This document shows, one piece after another, positions 50,192-59,829 of a DNA stretch of 64,000 nucleotides. The DNA lies in contig CANRMA010000005.1 in the NCBI GenBank assembly GCA_947631625.1, positions 28,108 to 92,107 of the forward strand. Direction: 5' to 3'. The notes under the pieces are model-generated. The model did not search any database, was not told where the DNA came from, and saw nothing but the letters and a program-made list of their open reading frames with translations. A program made the position numbers and the translations under genes. The stretch's first letter is position 1; every line of letters begins with the position of its first letter. The DNA is from an uncultured Lachnospiraceae bacterium (lineage in GTDB: Bacteria > Bacillota > Clostridia > Lachnospirales > Lachnospiraceae).

Positions 50192-51376
50192 ATGGCAAGA
50201 CGCGAAGAAAAAAGAAATCTGGAAACAATTCCTGTAGGCTCTCTCGGGATCATACCGCTTGAAGGCTGTAAATCCCTCGGGGAAAAAGTTGACTATTATC
50301 TTGTCAAATGGAGAGCTGAGCGAGAAAGCGAACACAAAGGCAGTCTTGCATTTACCGGATATCAGCGCGATTCTTATATTCTTAATGCAGAAGTTCCAAG
50401 ATTCGGCTCAGGCGAAGCCAAAGGTATAATAAAGCAATCTGTCAGGGGAGATGATCTTTATCTGCTCGTCGATGTTGCAAATTACTCTCTTACGTACTCA
50501 CTTTGCGGTCACGAAAACCACATGTCGCCGGACGATCACTATCAGGATCTGAAACGAATAATCGCGGCCATAGGCGGTAAGGCAAGACGCATCACCGTGA
50601 TAATGCCGTTTTTGTATGAAAGCAGACAAGCCAAAAGATCTTCCAGAGAATCTCTGGACTGCGCCATCGCGCTTCAGGAAATGGTCTCAATGGGCGTTGA
50701 CAACATAATCACTTTTGACGCGCACGACGCCAGAGTCCAGAACGCCATTCCGCTAAGCGGCTTTGAAACAATACAGCCTGCTTATCAGTTTTTAAAAGGA
50801 CTTCTTAATAACGTAAAAGGTTTAAATATAGACAGCAAACATATGATGGTGATAAGCCCCGATGAAGGCGGTACAAGCAGAGCGATCTATATCGCCAATG
50901 TACTTGGCCTGGATATGGGTATGTTCTATAAGCGGAGAGATTATACCCGTGTTGTAAACGGCCACAATCCGGTAGTTGCCCATGAGTTCCTGGGAAGCAG
51001 CATCGAAGGCAAGGATATGCTTATAATTGACGATATGATTTCCTCAGGCAATACTATCCTGGAAGTCGCAGCCGCTTTAAAAGCAAGGAAGGCCGGACGC
51101 ATTTTTGCCTTTGCCACCTTTGGTCTGTTTACAAGCGGTCTCGAACGCTTCGATAAAGCTTATGAAGACGGGATCATCGACAGAGTGCTGACTACCAATC
51201 TTGTTTATCAGACTCCTGAACTGCTTGACCGTGAATGGTATATCGACTGTGATCTAAGCAAATATATCGCTTATATAATAGATACTCTGAACCACGATTC
51301 CTCCATCAGCGATCTTCTCAATCCCATAGAACGTATTCATTCGATCGTTACAAGGTATAATGCAGGAGAATTATAA
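50192..51376 (+). CDS. prs: Ribose-phosphate pyrophosphokinase
   Basis: RFGSGE, ITFDAH, ISPDEGG, IIDDMISSG. Confidence 0.9.
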   Translation: MARREEKRNLETIPVGSLGIIPLEGCKSLGEKVDYYLVKWRAERESEHKGSLAFTGYQRDSYILNAEVPRFGSGEAKGIIKQSVRGDDLYLLVDVANYSLTYSLCGHENHMSPDDHYQDLKRIIAAIGGKARRITVIMPFLYESRQAKRSSRESLDCAIALQEMVSMGVDNIITFDAHDARVQNAIPLSGFETIQPAYQFLKGLLNNVKGLNIDSKHMMVISPDEGGTSRAIYIANVLGLDMGMFYKRRDYTRVVNGHNPVVAHEFLGSSIEGKDMLIIDDMISSGNTILEVAAALKARKAGRIFAFATFGLFTSGLERFDKAYEDGIIDRVLTTNLVYQTPELLDREWYIDCDLSKYIAYIIDTLNHDSSISDLLNPIERIHSIVTRYNAGEL

Positions 51377-51399
51377 AAGGCTTTAAATGCAGATATCAA

Positions 51400-51433
51400 G
51401 AACCGGAAACCCGCCCATTGGTTCCCGGTTCTA
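51400..51433 (+). terminator. Intrinsic terminator after prs
   Basis: AGAACCGG.AACC-loop-GGTT.CCGGTTCT followed by AATTTT. Confidence 0.65.
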
Positions 51434-51571
51434 ATTTTATATCTATCTTTTTATGCAATTTTGTTATACAATTATAAATAGATACTGTTTCATCGATATT
51501 TACATGAATGTTAATAAAACATGCAGGATTGTATACAAATATGAATTGAGAATTCTTATGAGGTGGTTCCC

Positions 51572-54559
51572 GTGCTGTTGGTTAAAGCAAACCCTGAATT
51601 AAAAAACACATTCAAAAGGCTCATCCGGACTATGAAGCTTCCTGTGGAATGGACCGAAGTTTTCGTCGTGACCAACGACATTCTTATTCTCGCAGGCAGT
51701 GTACGTTCTCTGATATTCAATTTCGACAACAGAAGAATTTACACTTCAATTCTGGAAATTCCACCGGAAAGCAGCCGTCTCGAAAGTATGCCAAGCGATA
51801 ATCTGTTTAACAATGTCATGAACATAACTTTGTATACTTTCGGAAAATGGGGTTCGATAAGCGGCCTTAAGGTCGATAAAGATTATCAGGCTCTCAACGC
51901 TTTGTTTTCACAGATACTTAAGCCTGTCAGCGTTGAAACAGACTTTAATGAAAATAATTTCCGCTTCTTCAAAAACGATATTCAGATAACTTATGAAGAC
52001 ATGATGTTATCGGTACTCAGGCTTTTGAACAGCGAAGGGAAACTAAACGACAGCCAAAGCCTTGTAACCCATGAAAATTATGATGACAAGACAGACTCTT
52101 CATCAGAAAAGCCGGACTCTTCCGATAATGAGGCAGACTCTTCACCGGATAAAGACGATGATAATTATGCAATAGGACTATGGCACAATCTGCGTTGGAA
52201 AAAGGACGAATGTTCTTTTGAAAAAGCTCCCAAAACGGAAGCAGACTCTGCCAGATCACGTATCGGCAATAATTTTTATATAACCAATTATGTCTGCCCG
52301 GAATGCGGTCAAAAGCTCTATATGGGCGTTTATCCCGAAAAAAATGAACTGCTGATAGATACTGACGAAGGCAGGGTTTTTATGGCGCGCTCATACTCAT
52401 GCCATAACTGCAATTCATTCTATACCCCCCGTCCGAAGAAATTGCTTCAGGAAGGTGAAGTGTACAGCTTAAAATTTGATGAAGACACAACGGCATATGA
52501 AGACTACCTGGATATCTTAGGCAGCCGCGCCGAAAGGACGACCAATCCCAATTTTAATGAATTTGAAAAAGATTACGGCAAATCCGAAGCCGACCCGGAC
52601 AGCGCTTTGCAAAATACTTCCGACCGACAAGACTCATCGGCTGAAGCCACTGGGAATCAGAATAGTGATAAAAATATCAATATTGACACCGATACTGATA
52701 TTGATACTAATACTACCAATGATACTAATACTGAAATTTATACTAATACTAACATTGATACTGATACTGACATTTATACTGATATTAATACTAATACTGA
52801 CATTGATACTGCAGCCTCTTCAAAACTTGATCTTTTAAAAGAAAAGTTTGGAAAGAGTGACGATAAACCGTTTGTCAAAAAACGCTCTCTCATTGACGCC
52901 GAGGTACTTGAGCGTCAGGCTTCAGGCAGCCGACCTGATTCAGAAGCTCCATCTGTGCCTGATATGATGTCCCGGCAGACGGCAAACGACCGGTCTCAGG
53001 CTGTACAACAGCCGCCTCAGATTTTGATCAAACAGCTTTCAGGCAAAACTACCGACGAACTTAAAGCCATTCTGGCTGACAAAAGCCGCCCGGATGCAGA
53101 TCCTCAATATACAGAGGCCGTCAAAGAAATACTCAGTCAGAAGCTTACTGCCAAATACGAAGCCCGCCTGAGCATTCTGAACAATCTGTCACCGGGACAG
53201 CTTGCCGATCTGAAAAAACAGATAAATAAAGAAACCATGCTTTCCGACGACAAAAAAACCGCCTATATAAGTGAAATCGATAACTTTTTATATAAAGCGG
53301 AAAGAACCGCTTTGGCGCAAAAAATAGAACTAAGCCAGAATAAGAGCTATGCGGAAGTTGAACAGATCATCAAAGAAATCGAGAAAAAAGACATTCCGGA
53401 AGAATTAAAGCAGGAAACTCTTGTCAGGCTTAAATTAATAAAATCAGACCGCGCCGCCAAGGAGGTTGAGCGCCTCGTAACTCATATGCCCTTGCATATG
53501 GACAGAAAACAGCTTTCAGCCTGGCTTGAAAAACTCGATCAATATAAAGAAGCAGACTTAACGCCTTACCGTACACAGATCGAACAAAAGATCGATATGG
53601 CCGAAAAAGAAGAAATATCCGCCATGGTAAAACGCGGAGGCAGGAAAGACCGTAATTCATGGTGGAAACTGTATGAAGAATTACAGGCCGGAGACTACAA
53701 AGAAGAAAATAAGGCTCCTTTTCTGGAAAAAATATATGATAAGATCCGTAAACTGGACGAGGATGAGATCGAAAGGATCTGCCCCAGTATAGTAACTCTC
53801 TCTTTTGCGGAAGGTCTTAATGCCTATGAACGGATAAACAACGGCGTGTTCCTGCCGGAACTCAAAGTCAATACCCTTGAAATGATCAAGCGAAGGCTTA
53901 CTAAGTTAAAAACAGATGAAAGCGTTCTGCTTATGAGAAAAATAAAAAATGAGACAGATGAAAAAATGTCAGAACATGAATGCTTTTATTTCTATAACGC
54001 AAGAGAAGAATTGAAGTTATCGCAGGGCTCCAAATACAGCAGCAGGTCTCAGGAGCATGAAAACAATGATACCGACGAGCAGTCCGACAGGGACGACCGC
54101 GCTGCAATGTTAAACGCCATAAACGGATACGGCTCTTCACGCGGTGAATTTGAGTATCCTTTAATGGTCTGCGATACGTCACGCGCCAAAAACGGTAAAG
54201 AAGGTTTTGTGCTTACTCCGGATAATATTTTTTATCATACAATTTTAAGATCGGGCACTATCAATATATGGGATATTGAGTCAGTCTCCTTTGAAAAACA
54301 TCTTTTTTCCAAAGGTATCTTCGTTAAATGTTGGGGACGCAAAAAAGAGAAGCTTCCTAACAGTGTCAAACCTGAAGAACGGGAGATCTTTGCCAAAATC
54401 CTCGATGATTTTACGACCTATCTGCAGGAAAGGCCGGAGTCCAGAAGTATAGAATATATGGCCAAAGAAACCCATCCCGTCATACACTGCTACCGCTGCG
54501 GTTATGTATACAAAGGCGGAAACGTATGCCCTAAATGCGGCAGTAAGACCAATCGCTGA
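51572..54559 (+). CDS. Large hypothetical protein with two zinc ribbons and helical repeats
   Basis: CPEC...CHNC and C-terminal CYRC...CPKC; probable GTG start 51572 after GAGGTG. Confidence 0.75.
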   Translation: MLLVKANPELKNTFKRLIRTMKLPVEWTEVFVVTNDILILAGSVRSLIFNFDNRRIYTSILEIPPESSRLESMPSDNLFNNVMNITLYTFGKWGSISGLKVDKDYQALNALFSQILKPVSVETDFNENNFRFFKNDIQITYEDMMLSVLRLLNSEGKLNDSQSLVTHENYDDKTDSSSEKPDSSDNEADSSPDKDDDNYAIGLWHNLRWKKDECSFEKAPKTEADSARSRIGNNFYITNYVCPECGQKLYMGVYPEKNELLIDTDEGRVFMARSYSCHNCNSFYTPRPKKLLQEGEVYSLKFDEDTTAYEDYLDILGSRAERTTNPNFNEFEKDYGKSEADPDSALQNTSDRQDSSAEATGNQNSDKNINIDTDTDIDTNTTNDTNTEIYTNTNIDTDTDIYTDINTNTDIDTAASSKLDLLKEKFGKSDDKPFVKKRSLIDAEVLERQASGSRPDSEAPSVPDMMSRQTANDRSQAVQQPPQILIKQLSGKTTDELKAILADKSRPDADPQYTEAVKEILSQKLTAKYEARLSILNNLSPGQLADLKKQINKETMLSDDKKTAYISEIDNFLYKAERTALAQKIELSQNKSYAEVEQIIKEIEKKDIPEELKQETLVRLKLIKSDRAAKEVERLVTHMPLHMDRKQLSAWLEKLDQYKEADLTPYRTQIEQKIDMAEKEEISAMVKRGGRKDRNSWWKLYEELQAGDYKEENKAPFLEKIYDKIRKLDEDEIERICPSIVTLSFAEGLNAYERINNGVFLPELKVNTLEMIKRRLTKLKTDESVLLMRKIKNETDEKMSEHECFYFYNAREELKLSQGSKYSSRSQEHENNDTDEQSDRDDRAAMLNAINGYGSSRGEFEYPLMVCDTSRAKNGKEGFVLTPDNIFYHTILRSGTINIWDIESVSFEKHLFSKGIFVKCWGRKKEKLPNSVKPEEREIFAKILDDFTTYLQERPESRSIEYMAKETHPVIHCYRCGYVYKGGNVCPKCGSKTNR
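52661..52810. repeat. Degenerate hexamer (RATACT-type) repeat encoding a D/T/N/I tract
   Basis: Run of GATACT/AATACT/GATATT units encoding IDTDTDIDTNTTNDTNTEIYTNTNIDTDTDIYTDINTNTDIDT. Confidence 0.85.
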
Positions 54560-54566
54560 GCAAATA

Positions 54567-54594
54567 TTGACATATCGCCTATATTTAGTATAAT
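54567..54594 (+). promoter_or_regulatory. Sigma-A promoter of queT
   Basis: TTGACA-N16-TATAAT. Confidence 0.75.
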
Positions 54595-54604
54595 AGGCTT
54601 TGAC

Positions 54605-54666
54605 GGTCAGTTCGAGACCTTCCTGACCTAACCGCCCGCCGCGGGGAAAAAACAAAACTAAAGGAG
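54605..54666 (+). ncRNA. preQ1 class I riboswitch (translational)
   Basis: P1 GGTCAG/CTGACC, loop TTCGAGACCTTC, A-rich tail AAAAAACAAAACTAAAGGAG running into the SD; upstream of queT. Confidence 0.82.
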
Positions 54667-54676
54667 ACAAATTAAT

Positions 54677-55180
54677 ATGAAAAAAACAATCTTTTTGGTT
54701 CAGGCGGCGATGATTGCCGCTATCTATGTTGTGCTCACTTTTATAGCCAACGCCTTCGGACTTGCTAATTATGCCGTCCAGATCCGTTTCTCAGAAGCCC
54801 TTACAATTTTACCTTATTTTACGCCGGCCGCAATCCCCGGACTGTTCGCAGGCTGTATCATAAGCAATATTCTTACAGGCTGTATCATTCAGGATATTAT
54901 CTTCGGCAGCCTGGCTACTTTGATCGGAGCTGTCGGAACTTATTTTCTTAAGAAATGGAAATGGTGTGCGCCCATCCCTCCCATCATAGCAAATACAGTG
55001 ATAGTTCCTGCCGTACTTATCTATGGTTACGGTCTTTTGCCGGAAGGCGCATCTGTTTTATATTACTATGGCTATTACGCCCTGACAGTAGGTATAGGCG
55101 AGATTATTTCCTGTGGGGTCCTGGGCATGATATTGCTTTTTTCACTGGATAAATACGCCGGTAAAATATTTTCCGCCTGA
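54677..55180 (+). CDS. queT: QueT queuosine-precursor transporter
   Basis: AAMIAAIYVVLT, QIRFSEAL, DIIFGSLATL; hydrophobic 167 aa; preQ1 riboswitch upstream. Confidence 0.9.
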   Translation: MKKTIFLVQAAMIAAIYVVLTFIANAFGLANYAVQIRFSEALTILPYFTPAAIPGLFAGCIISNILTGCIIQDIIFGSLATLIGAVGTYFLKKWKWCAPIPPIIANTVIVPAVLIYGYGLLPEGASVLYYYGYYALTVGIGEIISCGVLGMILLFSLDKYAGKIFSA

Positions 55181-55190
55181 CAACCGCAGA

Positions 55191-55265
55191 AAACAAGTTA
55201 CCTAAAAACAAATTATCATAAAACAAATCATCATGAAACAAATTATCATGAAATAAATTATCATA
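55191..55265. repeat. 15-bp tandem repeat AAACAAATTATCATR (4 copies plus 1 degenerate)
   Basis: Units start at 55206, 55221, 55236, 55251; degenerate unit at 55191. Confidence 0.85.
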
Positions 55266-55737
55266 ATAAGATACTTCCCCACTCGGCGATCAGTCTGTCC
55301 AATGACCAACTCGCATTGGCAGGGCTTGTGGAGGGCAGTTTAACGTCCTCCACAGCTATTTCAGGCTTGACGTATTTTTGATAAAATTTGTGCGCTGTAC
55401 CGCCATTGGTGTAAATTTTTTCAACAGGACTTTTTCTCAATATCATGCCTATATCATTGGGAATGACATTCTTTATGCTGCTGTCGCTCGAACCGGTGAT
55501 ATCGCAGCTTGCGATCACATCCCACATAGCGATATGGTTTGATAACATCATCTTCTTTTTTTCTTCTATAGTCACAGGCAACGGGCAGCCTAGCACTGCT
55601 GCCATAACTTTCCAGTAACGGTTCTGAGGATGATGGTAAAAAAACTGTGCTTCCCTCGACCTCACGCTTGGAAAAGAACCTAAGATCAGTATTTTGGAAG
55701 TTTCGTCATATAGAGGCGGTATATTATGCATTTCCAT
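55261..55737 (-). CDS. DNA-deoxyinosine (hypoxanthine) glycosylase, UDG family 6
   Basis: ILILGSFPSVRS, YHHPQNRYW, GSSDSSI, LPSTSPANA. Confidence 0.88.
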   Translation of the reverse strand: MEMHNIPPLYDETSKILILGSFPSVRSREAQFFYHHPQNRYWKVMAAVLGCPLPVTIEEKKKMMLSNHIAMWDVIASCDITGSSDSSIKNVIPNDIGMILRKSPVEKIYTNGGTAHKFYQKYVKPEIAVEDVKLPSTSPANASWSLDRLIAEWGSILL

Positions 55738-55824
55738 AAGCCTTAACCCTTCTTTTGTATTATCATTTTACTTCTTTGTTTAAATAACGATTTCCGTCGT
55801 ATTACCGGTCACTGCAATATTCCA

Positions 55825-58365
55825 TCAATCCTGCTTCTTCCTTACATAAGTTATAAAGTTGTTTCCATTCTCCTCAAACCACTGGGTTGAATCATTCATG
55901 CCTTTTTTATATACCTCGCCCGTCAGCGGGTTCATAACAACAATATTAAGCTCGTTAAATCCCACTATAAGAACCGCATTTCCATCCTGAAGCATGGCAA
56001 GGACCGGAATATCCTGGTTTACATAATACAGCACAGTATCAAGACTGCAGCCGTTTAAATTCAATACCTGAACATCTTTCAGGCTTGCTTCCAGAATTGA
56101 TGTAACTGTATTTCCCTGCTCCAACAGATACTCAGTACGCCTCGACACACCTTCAAATCTAAGTATGGTATCCAGGCATACCGAAAGACTGGTACGGTTT
56201 TCAGATACCTCTTCCCCGGTAATGGCCATGATCTGGTTTCTTGTGCTTCTCGCGCTTCTTTTCCAGATATAAGCGCCGTCGTCATCGACCACGACTCCGG
56301 CATTATCATAAGCGTATATCACGGCGTCGCCTGCGTCGGTAAAAATGCCGTCGATACCGTTTTTGCCATATACGTAATATTGCTTTTTATTATCTTCATT
56401 ATAGTTTAATACTATCTTGCGTTCGCCCTCAAATATAACTTCTTTTGGCGTGAGCTTCTTTAAAAGCCCGGTATTGATCTCATCCTTAACGTCGATCTCT
56501 ACAACCGACTCATACGCCTCTGTAACTACGGTTATTATATTATTGACCTTATCATTTTCTTTTTCGGTGCTCATGATCTGATCATCAGTAGTAGGCGTAT
56601 ACTCGCCGCTTTCATTGTCGCGTACGACTCTTGACAGAGTAAGCTGATTATCCGTTATTGAACTGTCTACGACATATATGTCGTTTTCCTGATAAGTTTT
56701 TAACAGTTTGCCGTTATCGCTCTGTATCTTCAGACAATACATCGGAAAAATAACTTTATCCGAGTAATCGTTCACTATATCTCTCTGTCTTGCCAATCCA
56801 TAGATAAGATCCTCTTCCATAAATCCGATCAGGGAAATAAATTCTCCGTTACCGGCGGAAATAGCGGTTTCCCTGCCGCTTCCCAGATTAAGCAGTTTAA
56901 GTTCCCTGCAGCTGTATTTATCACCGCCGTCCTGCCATACCAACATTTTGTTCGACTTCGATACTCTGTAATCATCTTCTCCCAGACCCGAAACAACCAC
57001 CGAGTACTCCCTGCTTTCCAGATCGATCGCATAGACGGTGCCTTTCATCATAAGATAATACTTACCGGAACTATTTGCATAAGTCAGATTCTTAATATCA
57101 TTATCAAGCAGTTCAAACGACCTGTCATAAGGAATGTAAACCTGCTCTTCCACGGTATTTGTCATACTGTTGTAAAAATATGCCGAAACTCCGACGTGAC
57201 CTTCGTGTCTCCCCCTGTTCATGTATCCGTATACGATAAATTCAACGTTTCCTGTCTCATCCACATTAAGTATCTTTATATTATGGCGGTCATATCCGCT
57301 TCTTACATCAGTTATATCATCTTCTTCATAGTGAAAAGTAAAAATACGCGCCAGTTTCTGATCCGTCACATTATAGCCATACAGCTTCCCTGAGCTCACA
57401 AAAGCAATGACATTTCCTCCGTCGCTTTCCTTCATTTCTACATTTTTATCCACTATCCCAAGCACTATTTTATCATTTTCCAGTGCGCTCTCATCGAAGA
57501 TCTGCGTCATATTTCTCTCAAAATCCAGAAGATACATACGCTCCGGAGTATAACGTATCCTGTAATATTCTTTTATCTTATAATAAGTCTTCTCTTTACC
57601 CGAACGTGTGATCACCATATACTCAAGTAAAAAAGAACCTGTGCCTTCTTCTATTTCTTTAATATCTATAACAGGCTCCGTCACGCGCTCTACCTGCAGA
57701 TCCCCCCATGTAACCTGCTTAAAGCTGCTGTGAATAGTCACCCTGCTAAATGTGGAATTGTCTCCTTCCGAATTGGACTCCAGATATTTCGTAAGCTCAG
57801 CAGCTTTCTCCTTATCAAATGTCCTGTTATTAAAATCCGTTACATACTCAAGCTTCTCCTGTATATACAGCTCTTCGGACTGTACTATTCTTGTATAATA
57901 CCGTATCGTATCTCCCTCTGACGGTTGGACCAGAATTACCAACATATATTCTTCGCCGGCATTTATCAGATCCTTCAGGGTTATATGACACTGAATCCTG
58001 TCATTCACGTAAGTATAATTTTCTATCTTCGTATTCTCAACCAGTCTCTCTCCGTTAATGCTCCTTACTTCAAATTCAATATCTTCTATCGTATTTTCGT
58101 AAGTATCTATACTAAAAGAAACACTTCTGTCCCCGCCTATGGGAAAGACCGTGTCCCGCATATATCTGGTATCCATATTTTCCAAATAACCATAAAGCCT
58201 GTCTACCTGATACTCCCCTATCTGCATGGTAACCACGGGAAGAGTCGCATCTGCCATTTCCATGGTCATATCAGTGTTTCCACTGTTCATAACGGCGCTT
58301 GTGCCTAACAGCGCAATAAAAAAGACGCTTATAAAATATATACCTGTCAATATCGTTTTTTTCAT
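55825..58365 (-). CDS. Large secreted or membrane-anchored hypothetical protein (846 aa)
   Basis: N-terminal hydrophobic segment; beta-rich centre; C-terminal PVLA...AVLIVGF...MNP resembling a C39-like fold. Confidence 0.7.
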   Translation of the reverse strand: MKKTILTGIYFISVFFIALLGTSAVMNSGNTDMTMEMADATLPVVTMQIGEYQVDRLYGYLENMDTRYMRDTVFPIGGDRSVSFSIDTYENTIEDIEFEVRSINGERLVENTKIENYTYVNDRIQCHITLKDLINAGEEYMLVILVQPSEGDTIRYYTRIVQSEELYIQEKLEYVTDFNNRTFDKEKAAELTKYLESNSEGDNSTFSRVTIHSSFKQVTWGDLQVERVTEPVIDIKEIEEGTGSFLLEYMVITRSGKEKTYYKIKEYYRIRYTPERMYLLDFERNMTQIFDESALENDKIVLGIVDKNVEMKESDGGNVIAFVSSGKLYGYNVTDQKLARIFTFHYEEDDITDVRSGYDRHNIKILNVDETGNVEFIVYGYMNRGRHEGHVGVSAYFYNSMTNTVEEQVYIPYDRSFELLDNDIKNLTYANSSGKYYLMMKGTVYAIDLESREYSVVVSGLGEDDYRVSKSNKMLVWQDGGDKYSCRELKLLNLGSGRETAISAGNGEFISLIGFMEEDLIYGLARQRDIVNDYSDKVIFPMYCLKIQSDNGKLLKTYQENDIYVVDSSITDNQLTLSRVVRDNESGEYTPTTDDQIMSTEKENDKVNNIITVVTEAYESVVEIDVKDEINTGLLKKLTPKEVIFEGERKIVLNYNEDNKKQYYVYGKNGIDGIFTDAGDAVIYAYDNAGVVVDDDGAYIWKRSARSTRNQIMAITGEEVSENRTSLSVCLDTILRFEGVSRRTEYLLEQGNTVTSILEASLKDVQVLNLNGCSLDTVLYYVNQDIPVLAMLQDGNAVLIVGFNELNIVVMNPLTGEVYKKGMNDSTQWFEENGNNFITYVRKKQD

Positions 58366-58383
58366 ATATTATCTTCCATTTCT

Positions 58384-59568
58384 TCAGGAATTCTCTAATA
58401 ATTTCTTTAACGTCGGCTCAATATTCAAAAAACCGGTCAGTTCATCTATTTTTTTAAATTCACATTCCCTTCTAAGCTCGTCCAAACCAGGATCCTTAAC
58501 CGAACTTTCCTTTTTCACCGCGCGTATCAGAATATTCTTTGGCGTGTGCTCCATATCAATAAATTCCAACAGATCTGTATTATAACCCTCCGCCTTTAAA
58601 AGATTGGCCCTGACCGCGTCCGTGATAAGTGCGGACATCCTTTCCTTAATTATCCCATACTATAAGACAGAATCAAGCGCAGGCGCATTGATCTGCTTAT
58701 TTATTTCATGCTGACAACAGGGTACGGAAAGTATTACCTTCGCCTTCCACCTTACAGCTTTTGCCAAAGCATAATCCGTAGCCGTATCGCACGCATGAAG
58801 AGTCACTACCATATCGGCCTCCATAAGTCCTTCATACTCCGCAATATCGCCCCGTATAAAATTAAGTTTATCATAACCATATTTTTGGCTCAACTCATTA
58901 CAATGTTCTATAACATCCTCTTTCAGATCGAGTCCGGTAATCTCAACATCCATTCCCTTAAGCTCATGCAGATAATAATATATGGCAAAGGTCAGATATG
59001 ATTTTCCACAGCCGAAATCCACTATCCTTACTGTCCTGTCCTTTGGCAGAGCAGGAACGATATCCTCTATAAACTCTAAAAACCGGTTGATCTGCTTATA
59101 TTTATCGTATCTGGCCCTTATTATCTTTCCTTCACTTGTTTGTACGCCCAGATCGATCAAAAACGGAATTACATTTCCTTCTTTAAGGATATGATTTTTC
59201 ACTCTGTTGTGAGAAAGCGAAATCTTGGGGAAATCCGGTATTTCCATAGATTTTGTCTTTATTGATAATTCTCCCTTTCTGTTGGAAAAAATTACCGCTC
59301 TCATATTAGTATGCTCTATTTCGCACTGTTTAAAATCTGTTGACAGATAATTTTCAATTTTTGTGATGATTTCCTGCGCTTCATAATTTTTATGAAACAC
59401 TTTTTTTCCCTGATATGTCGTCTCCTGCAGCATGTATTCGCCTTTAATAAGTATCGGACGGATCTTTATTTTGGAAACCTCGCCGCGTTTACGGGGATTG
59501 CTTATTATGATCTGATATAAACCTCTGTCCAACGTCTTATCAAGTAAACTTTTTAATTTAGTGTCCAT
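58384..59568 (-). pseudogene. Class I SAM-dependent methyltransferase interrupted by one in-frame TAG
   Basis: IVDFGCGKSYLTF, LHACDTATD, PCCQHE. TAG at 58660-58662 is followed in frame by YGIIKERMSALITDAVR...EHTPKN. Confidence 0.75.
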
Positions 59569-59569
59569 T

Positions 59570-59680
59570 AATATATGTGCCTTTCTCATGGCCTGTAATA
59601 TATGCGCCTTTCTCATGGCCTGCAATATATGCGCCTTTCTCATGGCCTGCAATATATGCGCCTTTCTCATGGCCTGCAAT
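59570..59680. repeat. 27-bp tandem repeat x4 covering the methyltransferase RBS
   Basis: AATATATGYGCCTTTCTCATGGCCTGY at 59570, 59597, 59624, 59651. Confidence 0.95.
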
Positions 59681-59829
59681 TTAAAATATGTAGAACAGCC
59701 CGTCGACTGCCTCGCATATCAAATCAGTCTGACATGCCATGACGGGCTTCTTACAGTATAACCGGCGCCATAATAAAATCCGTAAAATTTGCTATGTTTC
59801 TATTTTAACAGAATAGCATAAAAGCTCAA

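Noticed and set aside
51522-51553. Sigma-H promoter for the large hypothetical gene
   Set aside because: AGGA-to-GAAT spacings are 14 or 21 nt, outside the usual 17-18.
58384-58638. Independent 84-aa gene
   Set aside because: It is the in-frame C-terminus of the methyltransferase beyond the TAG.
59569-59679. MQAMRKAHIL repeats as the true N-terminus of the methyltransferase
   Set aside because: They arise from the 27-bp duplication; the likely ancestral start is MDTKLK at 59568.
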